This document shows positions 19,425 to 29,772 of a DNA stretch of 64,000 nucleotides, one piece after another. Made by a program: the position numbers and the translations under genes. How positions within the stretch are numbered: the stretch's first letter is position 1; every line of letters begins with the position of its first letter. This DNA comes from Candidatus Latescibacterota bacterium. GTDB lineage: Bacteria > Latescibacterota > UBA2968 > UBA8231. Location: positions 608,001-672,000 of the forward strand of contig CBDFJF010000002.1 of assembly GCA_965248265.1 (NCBI GenBank), read 5' to 3'. The notes beneath the pieces are model-generated. The model was not told where the DNA came from, made no database searches, and saw nothing but the letters and a program-made list of their open reading frames with translations.

Positions 19425-20816
19425 GTGAGCGAGTCTGAGTTTGACCTAATCGTCATCGGAGCGGGTCCCGGCGGCTACGTCGCCGCTGTGCGGGCGACCG
19501 AGCTGGGCATGCGGGTGGCCTGCGTGGACAAGGCGGCGCTGGGCGGCACCTGTCTCAACGTCGGCTGCATTCCAAGCAAGGCCCTGCTGGAATCCAGTGA
19601 ACGATTCCATGAAACGACCACGGGAAAGCTGGAGGATCATGGCGTAAGGCTCGCAGACGTGCAACTGGACCTGGCCGCCATGATGGCTCGCAAGGAGCGT
19701 ATCGTCCAGGGCATGACGGCTGGGATCGGTGGCCTGTTCAAGAAACACAAGGTCAGTTTCTTCGCCGGAACGGGCAGTATTCCGGAACCCGGAGTCGTTC
19801 AGGTGACCGGCAAGGAGGGTGATGTCGCACTGAGCGCGGCGAATATTCTGCTGGCCCTGGGCAGCGAGCCTGTGGAACTGGCGGACCTGCCCTTCGATGG
19901 ACGCTACATAATTAGTTCGACCGAAGCCCTGGCGTTGCCCCAAGTCCCCGAGCGTATGGCCGTGATCGGGGCTGGGGCTATCGGACTTGAGCTGGGGTCG
20001 GTCTGGAACCGACTGGGATCCGAGGTCGTCGTCGTCGAGTTCATGGATTCAATTCTGCCAGGCATGGATGGCGATATCAGCACCCAGTTGCAGCGCGTCC
20101 TCAAGCGGCAGGGGTTGGACTTCCAACTGCAGACACGGGCCACGGGCGCGAACATCGAAGATGGTGGGGTAAGCCTGTCGTTGGCGAGTGAAAAAGAGGG
20201 GGAGTCCTTCATCGACTGCGACTGCGTCCTGGTAGCGGTCGGTCGCCGGCCGTACAGTGCGCTGTCCGGCATCCAAGACCTGGGGATCGACACCGACGCG
20301 CGTGGTTTCGTCACCGTCGATGAACGCTACCAGACCAGCGTGGCCGGTGTCTACGCGATCGGCGATCTCATTCCCGGACCCATGCTGGCTCACAAGGCTG
20401 AAGCGGAGGGCATCGCCACCGTGGAGATCATTTCCGGCAAGGCGAGTCCACTCAACTATGGCGCCGTCCCCAGCGTCGTCTACACGGACCCGGAGGCGGC
20501 TTCCGTCGGTTTGACGGAAGAGGAGGCCCGCGCCAGTGGACGGCCGGTCCAAGTCGGCAAGTTCCAGTTCAAGGCCAATGCCCGTGCCCACTGCATGGAC
20601 GCCGTCGACGGCTTTGCCAAGCTCATCGCCGACGCCGACACGGACCGGCTGCTCGGCATGCACATCCTGGGCCCCCAGGCGTCTCATCTGATTGCGGAGG
20701 GGGTCCTGGCTATCGAGTTCGCTGCCAGTGCCGAGGACATCGCCCGCACCATCCACGCTCACCCGTCGTTGTCCGAAGTGGTCAAGGAAGCGGCATGGGC
20801 GATCCCCCAGCGCTGA
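19425..20816 (+). CDS. lpdA: Dihydrolipoyl dehydrogenase E3
   Basis: GAGPGGY, GGTCLNVGCIPSK, GAGAIGLE, MLAHKA and HAHPSLSE. Confidence 0.97.
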   Translation: MSESEFDLIVIGAGPGGYVAAVRATELGMRVACVDKAALGGTCLNVGCIPSKALLESSERFHETTTGKLEDHGVRLADVQLDLAAMMARKERIVQGMTAGIGGLFKKHKVSFFAGTGSIPEPGVVQVTGKEGDVALSAANILLALGSEPVELADLPFDGRYIISSTEALALPQVPERMAVIGAGAIGLELGSVWNRLGSEVVVVEFMDSILPGMDGDISTQLQRVLKRQGLDFQLQTRATGANIEDGGVSLSLASEKEGESFIDCDCVLVAVGRRPYSALSGIQDLGIDTDARGFVTVDERYQTSVAGVYAIGDLIPGPMLAHKAEAEGIATVEIISGKASPLNYGAVPSVVYTDPEAASVGLTEEEARASGRPVQVGKFQFKANARAHCMDAVDGFAKLIADADTDRLLGMHILGPQASHLIAEGVLAIEFAASAEDIARTIHAHPSLSEVVKEAAWAIPQR

Positions 20817-20825
20817 AATCGGGCA

Positions 20826-21353
20826 ATGGGCAAGGTCCTCATCGTCGTAGACATGCAGAGGGGATTCCTGCATCCCAGCGGATCTTTGTTTTGCGGTGAG
20901 CAGGCGCGCGAAATCATCGAGCCGATCAGGGAACGGGTGCTGCAGGAGCAGGCAGCAGGGACGGACATTTTCTTTACGCAGGACACGCATGCTCCTGACG
21001 ATAAGGAGTTCGACATGTTCCCCCCGCACTGCATCAGGGGCTCAGGGGAGGAAGATGTCATCGACGAACTGGCCGATCTGGTCGTGTTCGGCCGCGTCGT
21101 TCCCAAGCGCCGTTACTCGGCCTTCTTCGAGACGGATCTGGCGGAACAGCTATCTGCTCTGCAACCCGAAGAGGTCATCGTAGTCGGCGACTGCACCGAT
21201 ATCTGCGTCCTCCACACGGTGGCGGGTCTGCGCAGCCGTGATTACAAGGTCGAGGTGCCGGCCGATTGCGTCGCCAGTTTCGATTCGCAGCAACACGAAT
21301 GGGCCCTGTCCCACATGGAAAAGATCCTGGGAGCCCGGATCACCAACCGGTGA
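20826..21353 (+). CDS. pncA: Nicotinamidase / isochorismatase-family cysteine hydrolase
   Basis: D-K-C triad (VDMQ, PKRRYSAF, CTDICV), metal motif DTH..PPHC, and position next to the NAPRTase. Confidence 0.82.
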   Translation: MGKVLIVVDMQRGFLHPSGSLFCGEQAREIIEPIRERVLQEQAAGTDIFFTQDTHAPDDKEFDMFPPHCIRGSGEEDVIDELADLVVFGRVVPKRRYSAFFETDLAEQLSALQPEEVIVVGDCTDICVLHTVAGLRSRDYKVEVPADCVASFDSQQHEWALSHMEKILGARITNR

Positions 21354-22351
21354 GCGCGACGCGGTTCGAGCCCAGCGAGGCCACTCTGACTGGCGTCAAT
21401 GCCGACATCTACTTCAAGCGTACTAGGCAGGTATTGGAAGCCGAGGAGATCGATCCTGTTGTCGCCGTCGAGGTGTTCGCCCGAGCGCCCGCCGTGCTGT
21501 GTGGCATCCGGGAGGTTCACGCGTTGTTGCGGCGGGTATTACCTGAAGGGGCAAAGGTCTGGAGTCTGGAAGAGGGCGTCCGTATCGACGAGCGCGAAGT
21601 GGTTCTGAGGATTCGTGCACCGTATGCCAGTTTCTGTCTGTACGAAACCGCCATTCTCGGGACGCTGGCAAGCGAGACCGGCTGGGCAGCAGCAGCGGAG
21701 AAGTGCGTCCGGGCCGCAGACGGCACTCCCGTCATCCACTTCGGCGCCCGTCATGTGCATCCAGACGTCAGCGGACGGCTCGAGTACGCGGCATGTGTAG
21801 GGGGTTGCGCCACTTGTGCCACTTCCTGGGGGGCCGAGCTTGCCGGTGTTGATCCCAGCGGCACTTTGCCGCACGGACTAATTCTCGCCATGGGTGATAC
21901 CTTGCGCGCCGCCGAGGCCTTCGACCGCTGCATCGATAAAGCGGTGGATCGTGTCGTCCTCGTCGATACATTCATGGATGAGGCAGACGAGAGTGTACGG
22001 GTAGCCGACGCCATGGCCGACCGGCTATGGGGCGTGCGCCTGGACACGGCCGCCGAACTCGGCGGGGTCACGGTTGATCTGGTAAACAGAGTTCGGGGCC
22101 GGCTAGACGACGCCGGTCACAGTGGAGTCCGGATCGTGGTCTCGGGCGGTCTCGACGTCGATCGGATCCGACACTTTCGAGGAAAAGGAGCTGCTGTCGA
22201 TGCGTTCGGGGTCGGGAGCGCGATCAGTGGCGCGCCCCCCGTGGATTTTACCGCCGACATCAAAGAAGTGAATGAACAGCCGTTGGCCAAGCGCGGCAGA
22301 AGCTCCGGATTGACAAACAACCACAAAATGGGCGCCGTCGACCTGCAATAG
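21350..22351 (+). CDS. pncB: Nicotinate phosphoribosyltransferase (compact type)
   Basis: GTG start overlaps the pncA stop. ADIYF, HFGARHVHP, SGTLPH, LVDTF, GVRLDT, VSGGLD, FGVGS, DFTADIK and AKRG. Confidence 0.88.
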   Translation: MSATRFEPSEATLTGVNADIYFKRTRQVLEAEEIDPVVAVEVFARAPAVLCGIREVHALLRRVLPEGAKVWSLEEGVRIDEREVVLRIRAPYASFCLYETAILGTLASETGWAAAAEKCVRAADGTPVIHFGARHVHPDVSGRLEYAACVGGCATCATSWGAELAGVDPSGTLPHGLILAMGDTLRAAEAFDRCIDKAVDRVVLVDTFMDEADESVRVADAMADRLWGVRLDTAAELGGVTVDLVNRVRGRLDDAGHSGVRIVVSGGLDVDRIRHFRGKGAAVDAFGVGSAISGAPPVDFTADIKEVNEQPLAKRGRSSGLTNNHKMGAVDLQ

Positions 22352-22366
22352 AGGGAGCACGAACTG

Positions 22367-23551
22367 ATGCGCGAGTACGATCTGGCTGGAGGCAACACCA
22401 ACCCCGAAACCTTTCCCACAACGGACATCGCCCGCGTTGCGGCCAAGGCCATCGCGGATCTGGGCGGTGACCTGGCACGCTACCCCGGCGATCTGGGCCA
22501 CGCTGGTTTACGTCAATTGATGGCACATCGCGAGTCTATCAGAGAAGGCATCGCCGTAGACCCGGACCACATCTCTCTCACCAACGGCTCCATGCAGGCT
22601 GTCACCCTGATGGCTGAAGCACTCATGAACAAGCCGGGTGACGTCATCATCGTCGAAGAGCTGTGTTACATGGGGACCCTTTACGCCTACAAAGAGGTGG
22701 GAGCAAAACTCGTCGGCATACCCCTGGACGAGCACGGCATGCGGCTGGATCGCCTGGAGGAGTCGCTGGAGCAATTACACAGGGCAGGCACGCCGCCCGC
22801 CTTCATCTATACAACCAGTACCTACCAGAATCCGACCGGCGCCGTCATGCCCAGAGCACAGCGCCTCGAACTGATCGAAGTGGCGCGTCGTTTCGACACC
22901 ATCATCGTCGAGGACAACTGTTACGCCGACGTCCATTTCGAGGGCGACAAGCAACCGGCTCTGTACGCTCTCGATGACAGTCCGAATCAGGTATACATCT
23001 GCTCGGTCTCAAAGATTCTGGGGCCGGGAGTGAGGCTGGGTTATTTCCTGGCACGCCCACCGATGTTGGAGCGCATACTGGAACGCCGTGCCGATGGCGG
23101 AAACAGTCTGCTCGCCGCAGCGGTAATCGCCGAGTACTTCAGGGACGAACTGTGGTCCCACATCGACCGTGCCAACGACGCTTTACGGGTGAAACGGGAC
23201 GCCCTGATCGAAACTCTTTCCGAGCACTTGGGTGATATCTGCACCTGGTCGCATCCCGTGGGTGGGCTGTTTCTCTGGTTGCGGTTTCCCGATGACGTCG
23301 ACACCGGAGAGCTGGCCCGACTGGCGGCGGCCGAGGGTGTTCGCTACGTGCCGGGATCGCAATTCCACTTCGATGGTGCCGACGTGTCCTGCCTGCGTCT
23401 GGCCTTTGGCCATGCACCCGAAGCCGATATCCGAGAAGGGATACCGCTGCTGGCCCAATGCATCAGGGCCGCTCACCGGGACGTTGGATCCTCCGTTGAA
23501 CCAGCCGCCCACGATGTGAGCGAACCGCTGGCGCCGGCACGGGCAAGTTGA
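22367..23551 (+). CDS. PLP-dependent class I aminotransferase (LysN/AADAT/MocR-like, no HTH domain)
   Basis: AGGNTNPETFP, TYQNPTG, IVEDNCY, SVSKILGPGVRLG (PLP lysine), GGLFLW and LRLAF. Confidence 0.9.
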   Translation: MREYDLAGGNTNPETFPTTDIARVAAKAIADLGGDLARYPGDLGHAGLRQLMAHRESIREGIAVDPDHISLTNGSMQAVTLMAEALMNKPGDVIIVEELCYMGTLYAYKEVGAKLVGIPLDEHGMRLDRLEESLEQLHRAGTPPAFIYTTSTYQNPTGAVMPRAQRLELIEVARRFDTIIVEDNCYADVHFEGDKQPALYALDDSPNQVYICSVSKILGPGVRLGYFLARPPMLERILERRADGGNSLLAAAVIAEYFRDELWSHIDRANDALRVKRDALIETLSEHLGDICTWSHPVGGLFLWLRFPDDVDTGELARLAAAEGVRYVPGSQFHFDGADVSCLRLAFGHAPEADIREGIPLLAQCIRAAHRDVGSSVEPAAHDVSEPLAPARAS

Positions 23552-23596
23552 CCGAGGGTGCGTCAGCGCTGGCTCTAGGCGCTCCTCGCTGCCATC

Positions 23597-25537
23597 ATGA
23601 CGGCTGACGTTTCCTCTCCACCCCGCATCGCCCTCGTGCAGATGGAAGTGCAGGCTGCCCGTCCCGATCTGAATGCTGCGAGGATGAAGCAGCATATCGA
23701 TGCGGCCCGGGAGCGAGGCGCCGAGATCATCGTGTTTTCAGAGTTGTGCCTGTCCGGGTACATCATCGGTGATCTCTGGGAGGTCGATTCGTTGGTACGG
23801 GATTTCGCTGCCTACAGCGATGAGATCTGTGCTGCCAGCGAGGGGGTCACCGTCCTTTTCGGTAACGTCGCCGTCGATGAGAATGGCTCTGCGATTGCCG
23901 AAGACGGACGTCTGCGAAAGTACAACGCCGTTTTTGTCTGTCATGACGGCCAGTATGTTTTTCGCGATGCCGGGGTTCCCGCGGGGCCACCGACTTACAT
24001 CCAGCCCAAAACGTTGCACCCCAACTACCGTTTTTTCGACGACGACCGTCACTTCTATTCGGTGAGAAAGCTGGCGCAGGCTGCCGGCGCGTCCGTCTAC
24101 GATTGGTGCGTTCCATTCGAGGTCGAGCGCGACGACGGCAGCCTCTTTCGATTCGGGGTTCAGCTCTGCGAAGATATCTGGAGCCAGGATTACGAGTACG
24201 AGTCCGACATGCTGAACACCCTCAGCGTGTACGGCGATCGCGGAGCGCAGGCCGTGTTCAACCTGTCAGCCTCTCCCTGGACCTGGCAGAAGAATGACAA
24301 ACGCAACCGCGTTGTACGGGATATTCTCAATCGCTCTCCGCTGCCGTTCTTCTACGTGAATCAGGTGGGTGCGCAGAACAACGGCAAGAATATCATCGTC
24401 TTCGACGGCGATTCAACCGCCTACGCGCCCGACGGTGCTATCGTCCAACGGGCTGAGCCATGGTCAGAACAGATCGTCTTCAGCACGGATGTCGCAGAGG
24501 CCGAGGAGCGTTCGACCCAGACGGAAATCGAGGCCGTGTACGACGCCGTATTGTGCGGCCTGCGCCATCTGGACCACCTACGTGACGGAGACAGCCGGTT
24601 CCTGGTCGGATTGAGCGGGGGCATTGATTCCAGTGTCGTCGCCTGCCTGCTGGTAAAGGCATTCGGCCCCGAGCGAGTGTTCGGTGTCAACATGCCGACC
24701 CGCTTCAATTCGGAGATCACGCAGGACAACGCCATGCTGGTATACGAGAAGCTGGGTATCGACTATCAGGTATGCGCCATCGAGGAGTTGTACGGCCGGG
24801 TCGCCGACCAGATACGACAGATCGAGTTCCCACGCTCCAAGGGCACCTATGATCGGTTGGTCGACGAGAACATCCAGGCACGCATCCGTTTCTCCGACAT
24901 CCTCGCCGGCATCGCCGCCAAGCACGGGTTCATCTTCACGAACAACGGGAACAAGACCGAGCTGGCGCTCGGGTATACCACCTTGTACGGTGATCTGGGC
25001 GGTGCCATAGCGCCGATCGCGGATCTCTACAAGACCCAGGTATTCGAACTGGGTAGGTACTTGAATGAGCGGGTTTTTGACGAGGAAGTCATTCCACAGA
25101 ATCTGCTGACCAGGGAGACCGTGCCCAGCGCGGAGCTGTCGGAGGCGCAAGATGTGACGAAGGGCCTCGGCGATCCGATCAAGTACGACTACCATGACGC
25201 CGTGTTGCGGCAGTTGATCGAATACCGTCACCACCCATCGGACCTTTTACAGTGGTTCAAGGATGGAGAGTTGCTCGAACGGTTGGGGTTGGAGGGTGGC
25301 CGGGCCGTTTTCGAAGAGTACTTCCCGAATGTCGACAGCTGGATCGCGGATCTGGAGTGGGTTCAGCGGCAACTGCGGGTCAGTTTCTTCAAGAGAATTC
25401 AGTCACCGCCACTGATCGTGTTGAGCAAAAGGGCGTTCGGGTTCGATCTCAGGGAGACCCAATACACCGCTTACCAGCCGCGTGAGTTTGAACGGCTCAA
25501 GCGTGAATTGTTGCAGCGAGAAAAGGAGGGTAGATGA
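23597..25537 (+). CDS. nadE: Glutamine-dependent NAD+ synthetase
   Basis: Nitrilase E-K-C triad (FSEL, PKTLHPNY, LCEDIW); synthetase motifs GLSGGIDS, ENIQAR, NKTE.ALGY.TLYGD and PSAEL. Confidence 0.96.
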   Translation: MTADVSSPPRIALVQMEVQAARPDLNAARMKQHIDAARERGAEIIVFSELCLSGYIIGDLWEVDSLVRDFAAYSDEICAASEGVTVLFGNVAVDENGSAIAEDGRLRKYNAVFVCHDGQYVFRDAGVPAGPPTYIQPKTLHPNYRFFDDDRHFYSVRKLAQAAGASVYDWCVPFEVERDDGSLFRFGVQLCEDIWSQDYEYESDMLNTLSVYGDRGAQAVFNLSASPWTWQKNDKRNRVVRDILNRSPLPFFYVNQVGAQNNGKNIIVFDGDSTAYAPDGAIVQRAEPWSEQIVFSTDVAEAEERSTQTEIEAVYDAVLCGLRHLDHLRDGDSRFLVGLSGGIDSSVVACLLVKAFGPERVFGVNMPTRFNSEITQDNAMLVYEKLGIDYQVCAIEELYGRVADQIRQIEFPRSKGTYDRLVDENIQARIRFSDILAGIAAKHGFIFTNNGNKTELALGYTTLYGDLGGAIAPIADLYKTQVFELGRYLNERVFDEEVIPQNLLTRETVPSAELSEAQDVTKGLGDPIKYDYHDAVLRQLIEYRHHPSDLLQWFKDGELLERLGLEGGRAVFEEYFPNVDSWIADLEWVQRQLRVSFFKRIQSPPLIVLSKRAFGFDLRETQYTAYQPREFERLKRELLQREKEGR

Positions 25538-26472
25538 AGGTTTGTCTGGCAGGAGAGGGGGCCCAGGGTCTCACGCACATGGAAGCACTGAAGCAGATGC
25601 CCGACGTCGAGGTCGTTACCCTGGCGGGAGGCATCGAGGCCGATACCGCCGAATTCGCCCAAAAGTGGCAGATTCCGCATCACAGTATGGACCTGGCTGA
25701 GTGCCTGGAGCAACCGGGAGTTGAGGCCGTCGTGTTGACGACGCCCAATCAGGTCCACGCCGAGCAAGCTGTCCTGGCGTTGGAGATGGGGAAGCATGTA
25801 CTGCTCGAGCTGCCGATGGGTCTGTCTCTGGAGGAATCTCAATGCGTCGTCGAGGCCGAGCAAAAATCCGGTCTGGTCTGCATGGTCTGCCACACCGCGC
25901 GCTATTGCGGAGCGTTCCGCGAGGTGCGGAGGCGAGTTCTCAGCGGTGAGCTGAAACTGCACCACATCGTACAGCAGACGTATTTCTTCCGCCGCACCAA
26001 CGAGAACCGCTTCGGCAAACCCCGCACCTGGACCGACGAGCTGTTGTGGCACCAGGCGTGCCACATGGTCGACATGGCCTATTGGATTCTCGATGACCCC
26101 GACATGAAGGTGTGGGCCCAGGCCGGCCCTGATCATGAGGAGCTGGGGATCCCCATGGATATCACCCTAAGCATGCGGGCGAGGAACGGCTGTCTGGTGA
26201 CCTCGGCCCATTCGTTCAACAACCACGGTCCGATACAGGGCGGCTATCGCTTCATCGGCGAAGAGGCCACCCTGCTCGCCCAGTGGGGCCAATTGACTGA
26301 CCATGCAGGCAGGGAGATCCCCGTCGAAGACACCGGGATGCAGGAGCAGGACGAGGAATTTTTCGCCGCAATTTGGGAAGGGCGAAGGGCGTTGACCAGT
26401 TGCAGTTGTTGCCTGCCGGTCATGGAAATGATTGATCGCCTGCAGCAATCGATGGACAGCAACCGGGTCTGA
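25534..26472 (+). CDS. Gfo/Idh/MocA oxidoreductase, LigC-like
   Basis: TTPNQVH and KHVLLELP; FFRRTNENRFGKPRTWTDELLWHQACH resembles the LigC-type signature. Confidence 0.8.
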   Translation: MKVCLAGEGAQGLTHMEALKQMPDVEVVTLAGGIEADTAEFAQKWQIPHHSMDLAECLEQPGVEAVVLTTPNQVHAEQAVLALEMGKHVLLELPMGLSLEESQCVVEAEQKSGLVCMVCHTARYCGAFREVRRRVLSGELKLHHIVQQTYFFRRTNENRFGKPRTWTDELLWHQACHMVDMAYWILDDPDMKVWAQAGPDHEELGIPMDITLSMRARNGCLVTSAHSFNNHGPIQGGYRFIGEEATLLAQWGQLTDHAGREIPVEDTGMQEQDEEFFAAIWEGRRALTSCSCCLPVMEMIDRLQQSMDSNRV

Positions 26473-26477
26473 ATGCC

Positions 26478-28376
26478 TCAGTCCGTGTGGCGAGCTATGT
26501 GATCGAGCGCGAAGGACAGAACCGGATCGTCTGAATCGGGGTAGGATTCGAGCACGCTGTCATCAACGGGAATATCGGGAACGGTGCCGCTGCGACTGTC
26601 ACCGAATTGGGGCACCGGTGCGAACCATTGCTTACACGAGACGTTCAATTTCAGATCGCTGTTGGGGAGGCGGACACTCAGGACCTCTCCGAAGCACTCC
26701 CGCGTCGCCCCGGTCTCCTCGCCGATCAGGGTACCGAGATGAAAATCCTTGATCATGGCTGCAAACATCCCGGCGGACGAGAAGGTTCCAGGTCCCACCA
26801 GCACGTAGAGCTTACCGTCGAATCGGATACCCCGGTCCTCGGGCTGTTCGAGACGGACACGCCGCGAGATCGTCATTCCGGTCAGTCCTTCAAACTCACG
26901 ATAACCCTCGTAGGTGTTGAACAAGAGCTCGGACAATCTGACATCCATCCGTGCGGCCTTGCGGTAAGGCTGCCGCGTGAGGTAATCGAGCAGGTAGTCG
27001 CCGAAAGCGGAATTTCCGCCACCATTGAAGCGCAGGTCGATGACCAGGTTCTGGACTGCGGTCCGGTCAAGCTCCGTGAACACACTGTCCGCATAGGCCA
27101 GCTGCTCCTCTGAATTCTGGAAGCTGTCAAAACGGTAGTAACATGTCCGCTGGTCATGGTGGTACTCGTGGAAGTCGCCTGCCTGGAACTGGTCTCCCTC
27201 TTCGCGGAATGCCTGATCGTGGTCGGCAAGAGAGATCAGGGTCACACGTTCACGGCTTTCTGATCCCGGTCGGTCCACCGTCGTCAACTCGATATGACCA
27301 GTTGAGCGTGGCGCCAGCAGTGCCCAGTAGGTCTGTTGGTTCGATACGAAGGTCGCCAGTCTGTTGACGGTCCGCTCTCCCGAGATCGCCTCCAGCATTG
27401 GGGCCAGGTACTCAAGCACCGGTTGGCCTTCAATGGCTACAAGCCGGCGATCTTCGAGGTGACTGCTAGCCGTTGTGGTGGATGCCACATACAAGCCGCC
27501 CAGAGAGTATCTCACGTAGATCGGCAACATTGTCAGGTTTGGGTCCGTTTGGTCGAGAAGAAAGGGAGATGGCATGAGTGACGTGTGTCCATCTCCCAGC
27601 GCTGCCGCTGCTTTAGCCAACTCGACGGCCAGGGCCGTCTTCGAGACCACAGTCGTATCCTCCAGGCCGAGCCGGCCAGGCATTCCCTGTTTCAGGTCCA
27701 GGTAGGACTCCGGAGACAGGTGCAGGAGCGGTTGTGGATGAACCTGCTCTATAGTGTCGAAGAACAGGGCGATGTCTTTGAGCGCGTCGTCGCGGGCTAG
27801 TTTGGCCATGATTCTGCGGAACCGGGTATCGTAAAGAGCGGTCTGCTCAACGCGTCCCCGAAATACTATCACCAAAGACTGGGAGCTGTCGTAGTGCGCA
27901 TGTAACCCTGGAAGGAAATCTGCGGAGACTGCGGCTAGGATACCGATGAATCCGGATGACGCGAACGGATTCTTGCCGACGGCAATCAATCCGGTTTCGG
28001 TCGCGTCCTCCAAATTCGGGGCTTCTTGCTCCAGCACTTCCAGCCAGGTATCGCGAAAGGCCTCGAAGACCGGGTTGTCCACCCGCGTTTCGAGCGTGCC
28101 GTACAGCAACGTTGATTCGGCATGGAGGGAATTGTCGGCGGTGAGCGCTGGAACGAATCGGACCGCATCGATATGTGGGAAGGCCGTCCAGTAGGAGCGG
28201 ATGGAGTCTTCGACTGCAGCGAACTGCGTGCGGTTGAAGTCGACTAGGATGGTCAGGGTGTCGGAGGAAGAGGCGACCAGGCCGCCGACGGTCAGCGGCT
28301 CGGCCTTGAGGTTTGCGCAAGCCAGGATCAGGGTGGTGAAGACCAAACAACTCAGTGCGCGCGCGAGTCGCGGCAT
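26478..28376 (-). CDS. S41 family peptidase, exported
   Basis: Signal peptide; LGDGHT, IDLRFNGGGNS, GPGTFSSA, LIGEETG, LPNS and GTVPDI. Confidence 0.85.
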   Translation of the reverse strand: MPRLARALSCLVFTTLILACANLKAEPLTVGGLVASSSDTLTILVDFNRTQFAAVEDSIRSYWTAFPHIDAVRFVPALTADNSLHAESTLLYGTLETRVDNPVFEAFRDTWLEVLEQEAPNLEDATETGLIAVGKNPFASSGFIGILAAVSADFLPGLHAHYDSSQSLVIVFRGRVEQTALYDTRFRRIMAKLARDDALKDIALFFDTIEQVHPQPLLHLSPESYLDLKQGMPGRLGLEDTTVVSKTALAVELAKAAAALGDGHTSLMPSPFLLDQTDPNLTMLPIYVRYSLGGLYVASTTTASSHLEDRRLVAIEGQPVLEYLAPMLEAISGERTVNRLATFVSNQQTYWALLAPRSTGHIELTTVDRPGSESRERVTLISLADHDQAFREEGDQFQAGDFHEYHHDQRTCYYRFDSFQNSEEQLAYADSVFTELDRTAVQNLVIDLRFNGGGNSAFGDYLLDYLTRQPYRKAARMDVRLSELLFNTYEGYREFEGLTGMTISRRVRLEQPEDRGIRFDGKLYVLVGPGTFSSAGMFAAMIKDFHLGTLIGEETGATRECFGEVLSVRLPNSDLKLNVSCKQWFAPVPQFGDSRSGTVPDIPVDDSVLESYPDSDDPVLSFALDHIARHTD

Positions 28377-28478
28377 TCCCTGCCTCTATCGCGCGAAAGG
28401 ATCGATCAATAGTGCCCTGTCACGAAAGTATTCTTGCATCAGCGACCTCATTCGCAAGCCTACTTCCGTGGCAGGGCA

Positions 28479-28949
28479 CTAACGACTCGCTGGCACGACC
28501 GACACTTGGACGAGCTCCTCGGAGCTGGACACAACACCAGGGTGAAGCAAGTCAGACAGTGTCGTCTGGCTCAGGACCTCGTCGACTGCGTTTTGCACTC
28601 GACCCCACAGGCCTCTGATCGAGCACTCCACCGCGGAGTGATGACAGGCATCCTCGACGCCGGCGAAGTGGTCGCAGAATCCCGGATCGAATAACCGGCC
28701 GCCCAGCGCTGCCACCACCTCTGCCAGCGAGATGCTGTCCGGGGGGGACGCCAGACTGTAGCCGCCATTTTGGCCGCGCTCGCTATCGACGAAGCCACCC
28801 TGCCGCAACAGCCGCAGGTACTTGGCCACGTTGTGGGGGGCGATGCCTTCAGCCTCGGCGATTTCGGGTATCGTCAGGTTGGCCTCCGGGTGTTGGGCCA
28901 CTCGCACCAGGCAGCGCAGGCCGTATTCCTCTTGAGCACTCAGTTTCAT
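28479..28949 (-). CDS. Rrf2 family transcriptional regulator (probable Fe-S sensor of the suf operon)
   Basis: EEYGLRCL and SERGQNGGYSLA; three C-terminal Cys (C-x8-C-x6-C). Confidence 0.92.
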   Translation of the reverse strand: MKLSAQEEYGLRCLVRVAQHPEANLTIPEIAEAEGIAPHNVAKYLRLLRQGGFVDSERGQNGGYSLASPPDSISLAEVVAALGGRLFDPGFCDHFAGVEDACHHSAVECSIRGLWGRVQNAVDEVLSQTTLSDLLHPGVVSSSEELVQVSVVPASR

Positions 28950-28971
28950 CGATAGGCTCTCGTCGTCGCTC

Positions 28972-29301
28972 TCACATCATGCCCAGTTGCAGTTTGGCCG
29001 CTTCCGTCATCAGGTCCGTCGTCCAGGGCGGATCCCAAACCACGTCCACCTTTGCATCCGTTATCTCGGGTACGACATCGACGATCTTCTGTTGGATCTC
29101 CGGTGGCAGCGTGCCCGCCACGGGGCAGGCCGGTGAGGTCAGGGTCATGGTCACGAGTGCCGCCTTGTCCTCATCCACGGCAACTTCGTAGACCAGTCCG
29201 AGTGCGTAGATGTCGACGGGGATCTCCGGATCGTAGCACGTCTTCAGCACCTTCACTACCTCGTTCTCGAGGCTGTCCTCGGGGTATTCCTTCGGTTCCA
29301 T
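28972..29301 (-). CDS. sufT: DUF59/SufT Fe-S assembly protein
   Basis: YDPEIPVDIYALGLVY, MTLTSPACPVA and WDPPW. Confidence 0.9.
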   Translation of the reverse strand: MEPKEYPEDSLENEVVKVLKTCYDPEIPVDIYALGLVYEVAVDEDKAALVTMTLTSPACPVAGTLPPEIQQKIVDVVPEITDAKVDVVWDPPWTTDLMTEAAKLQLGMM

Positions 29302-29316
29302 TGGTTCACTCCTGGT

Positions 29317-29772
29317 TCACTCTGTTGTCACGCGCGTCTGGTCGTTGTCCAGGGCCGAGCGCATGGTGTGCCACGCCAGGGTCGCGCACTTCACGCGCAT
29401 CGGGAATTCCCTGACGCCAGCAAAGACGACGAGTTTGCCGATCTCGGCACCGTCGACCTGCTCCTCGACTTCCCCGGTGACTACCTGGTGAAAGCGCTCG
29501 AACAAATCTCTCGCCTCCGCCGCCGGTTTGCCCTTGAGCGCATCCGTCATCAAAGACGCGGACGCTTTCGAGATGGCACATCCGGACCCCTGAAAACCGA
29601 TGTCCTGGATGACGTCATCTTCGTCGACGTAAAGATAGATTTGCAGTTCATCGCCGCATAGAGGGTTATGTCCCTGTTGCTCCCGGTTCGTCGCTTCGGG
29701 CCGGCCGAAGTTACGCGGGCTCTTATTGTGATCGAGGATCACCTGCTGATAGAGTTCGCGCAGTTCCGTCAT
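29317..29772 (-). CDS. sufU: SUF system NifU-family protein
   Basis: LYQQVILDH, NPLCGD, GCAISKAS and RVKCATLAWH; start shares one base with the sufS stop. Confidence 0.93.
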   Translation of the reverse strand: MTELRELYQQVILDHNKSPRNFGRPEATNREQQGHNPLCGDELQIYLYVDEDDVIQDIGFQGSGCAISKASASLMTDALKGKPAAEARDLFERFHQVVTGEVEEQVDGAEIGKLVVFAGVREFPMRVKCATLAWHTMRSALDNDQTRVTTE

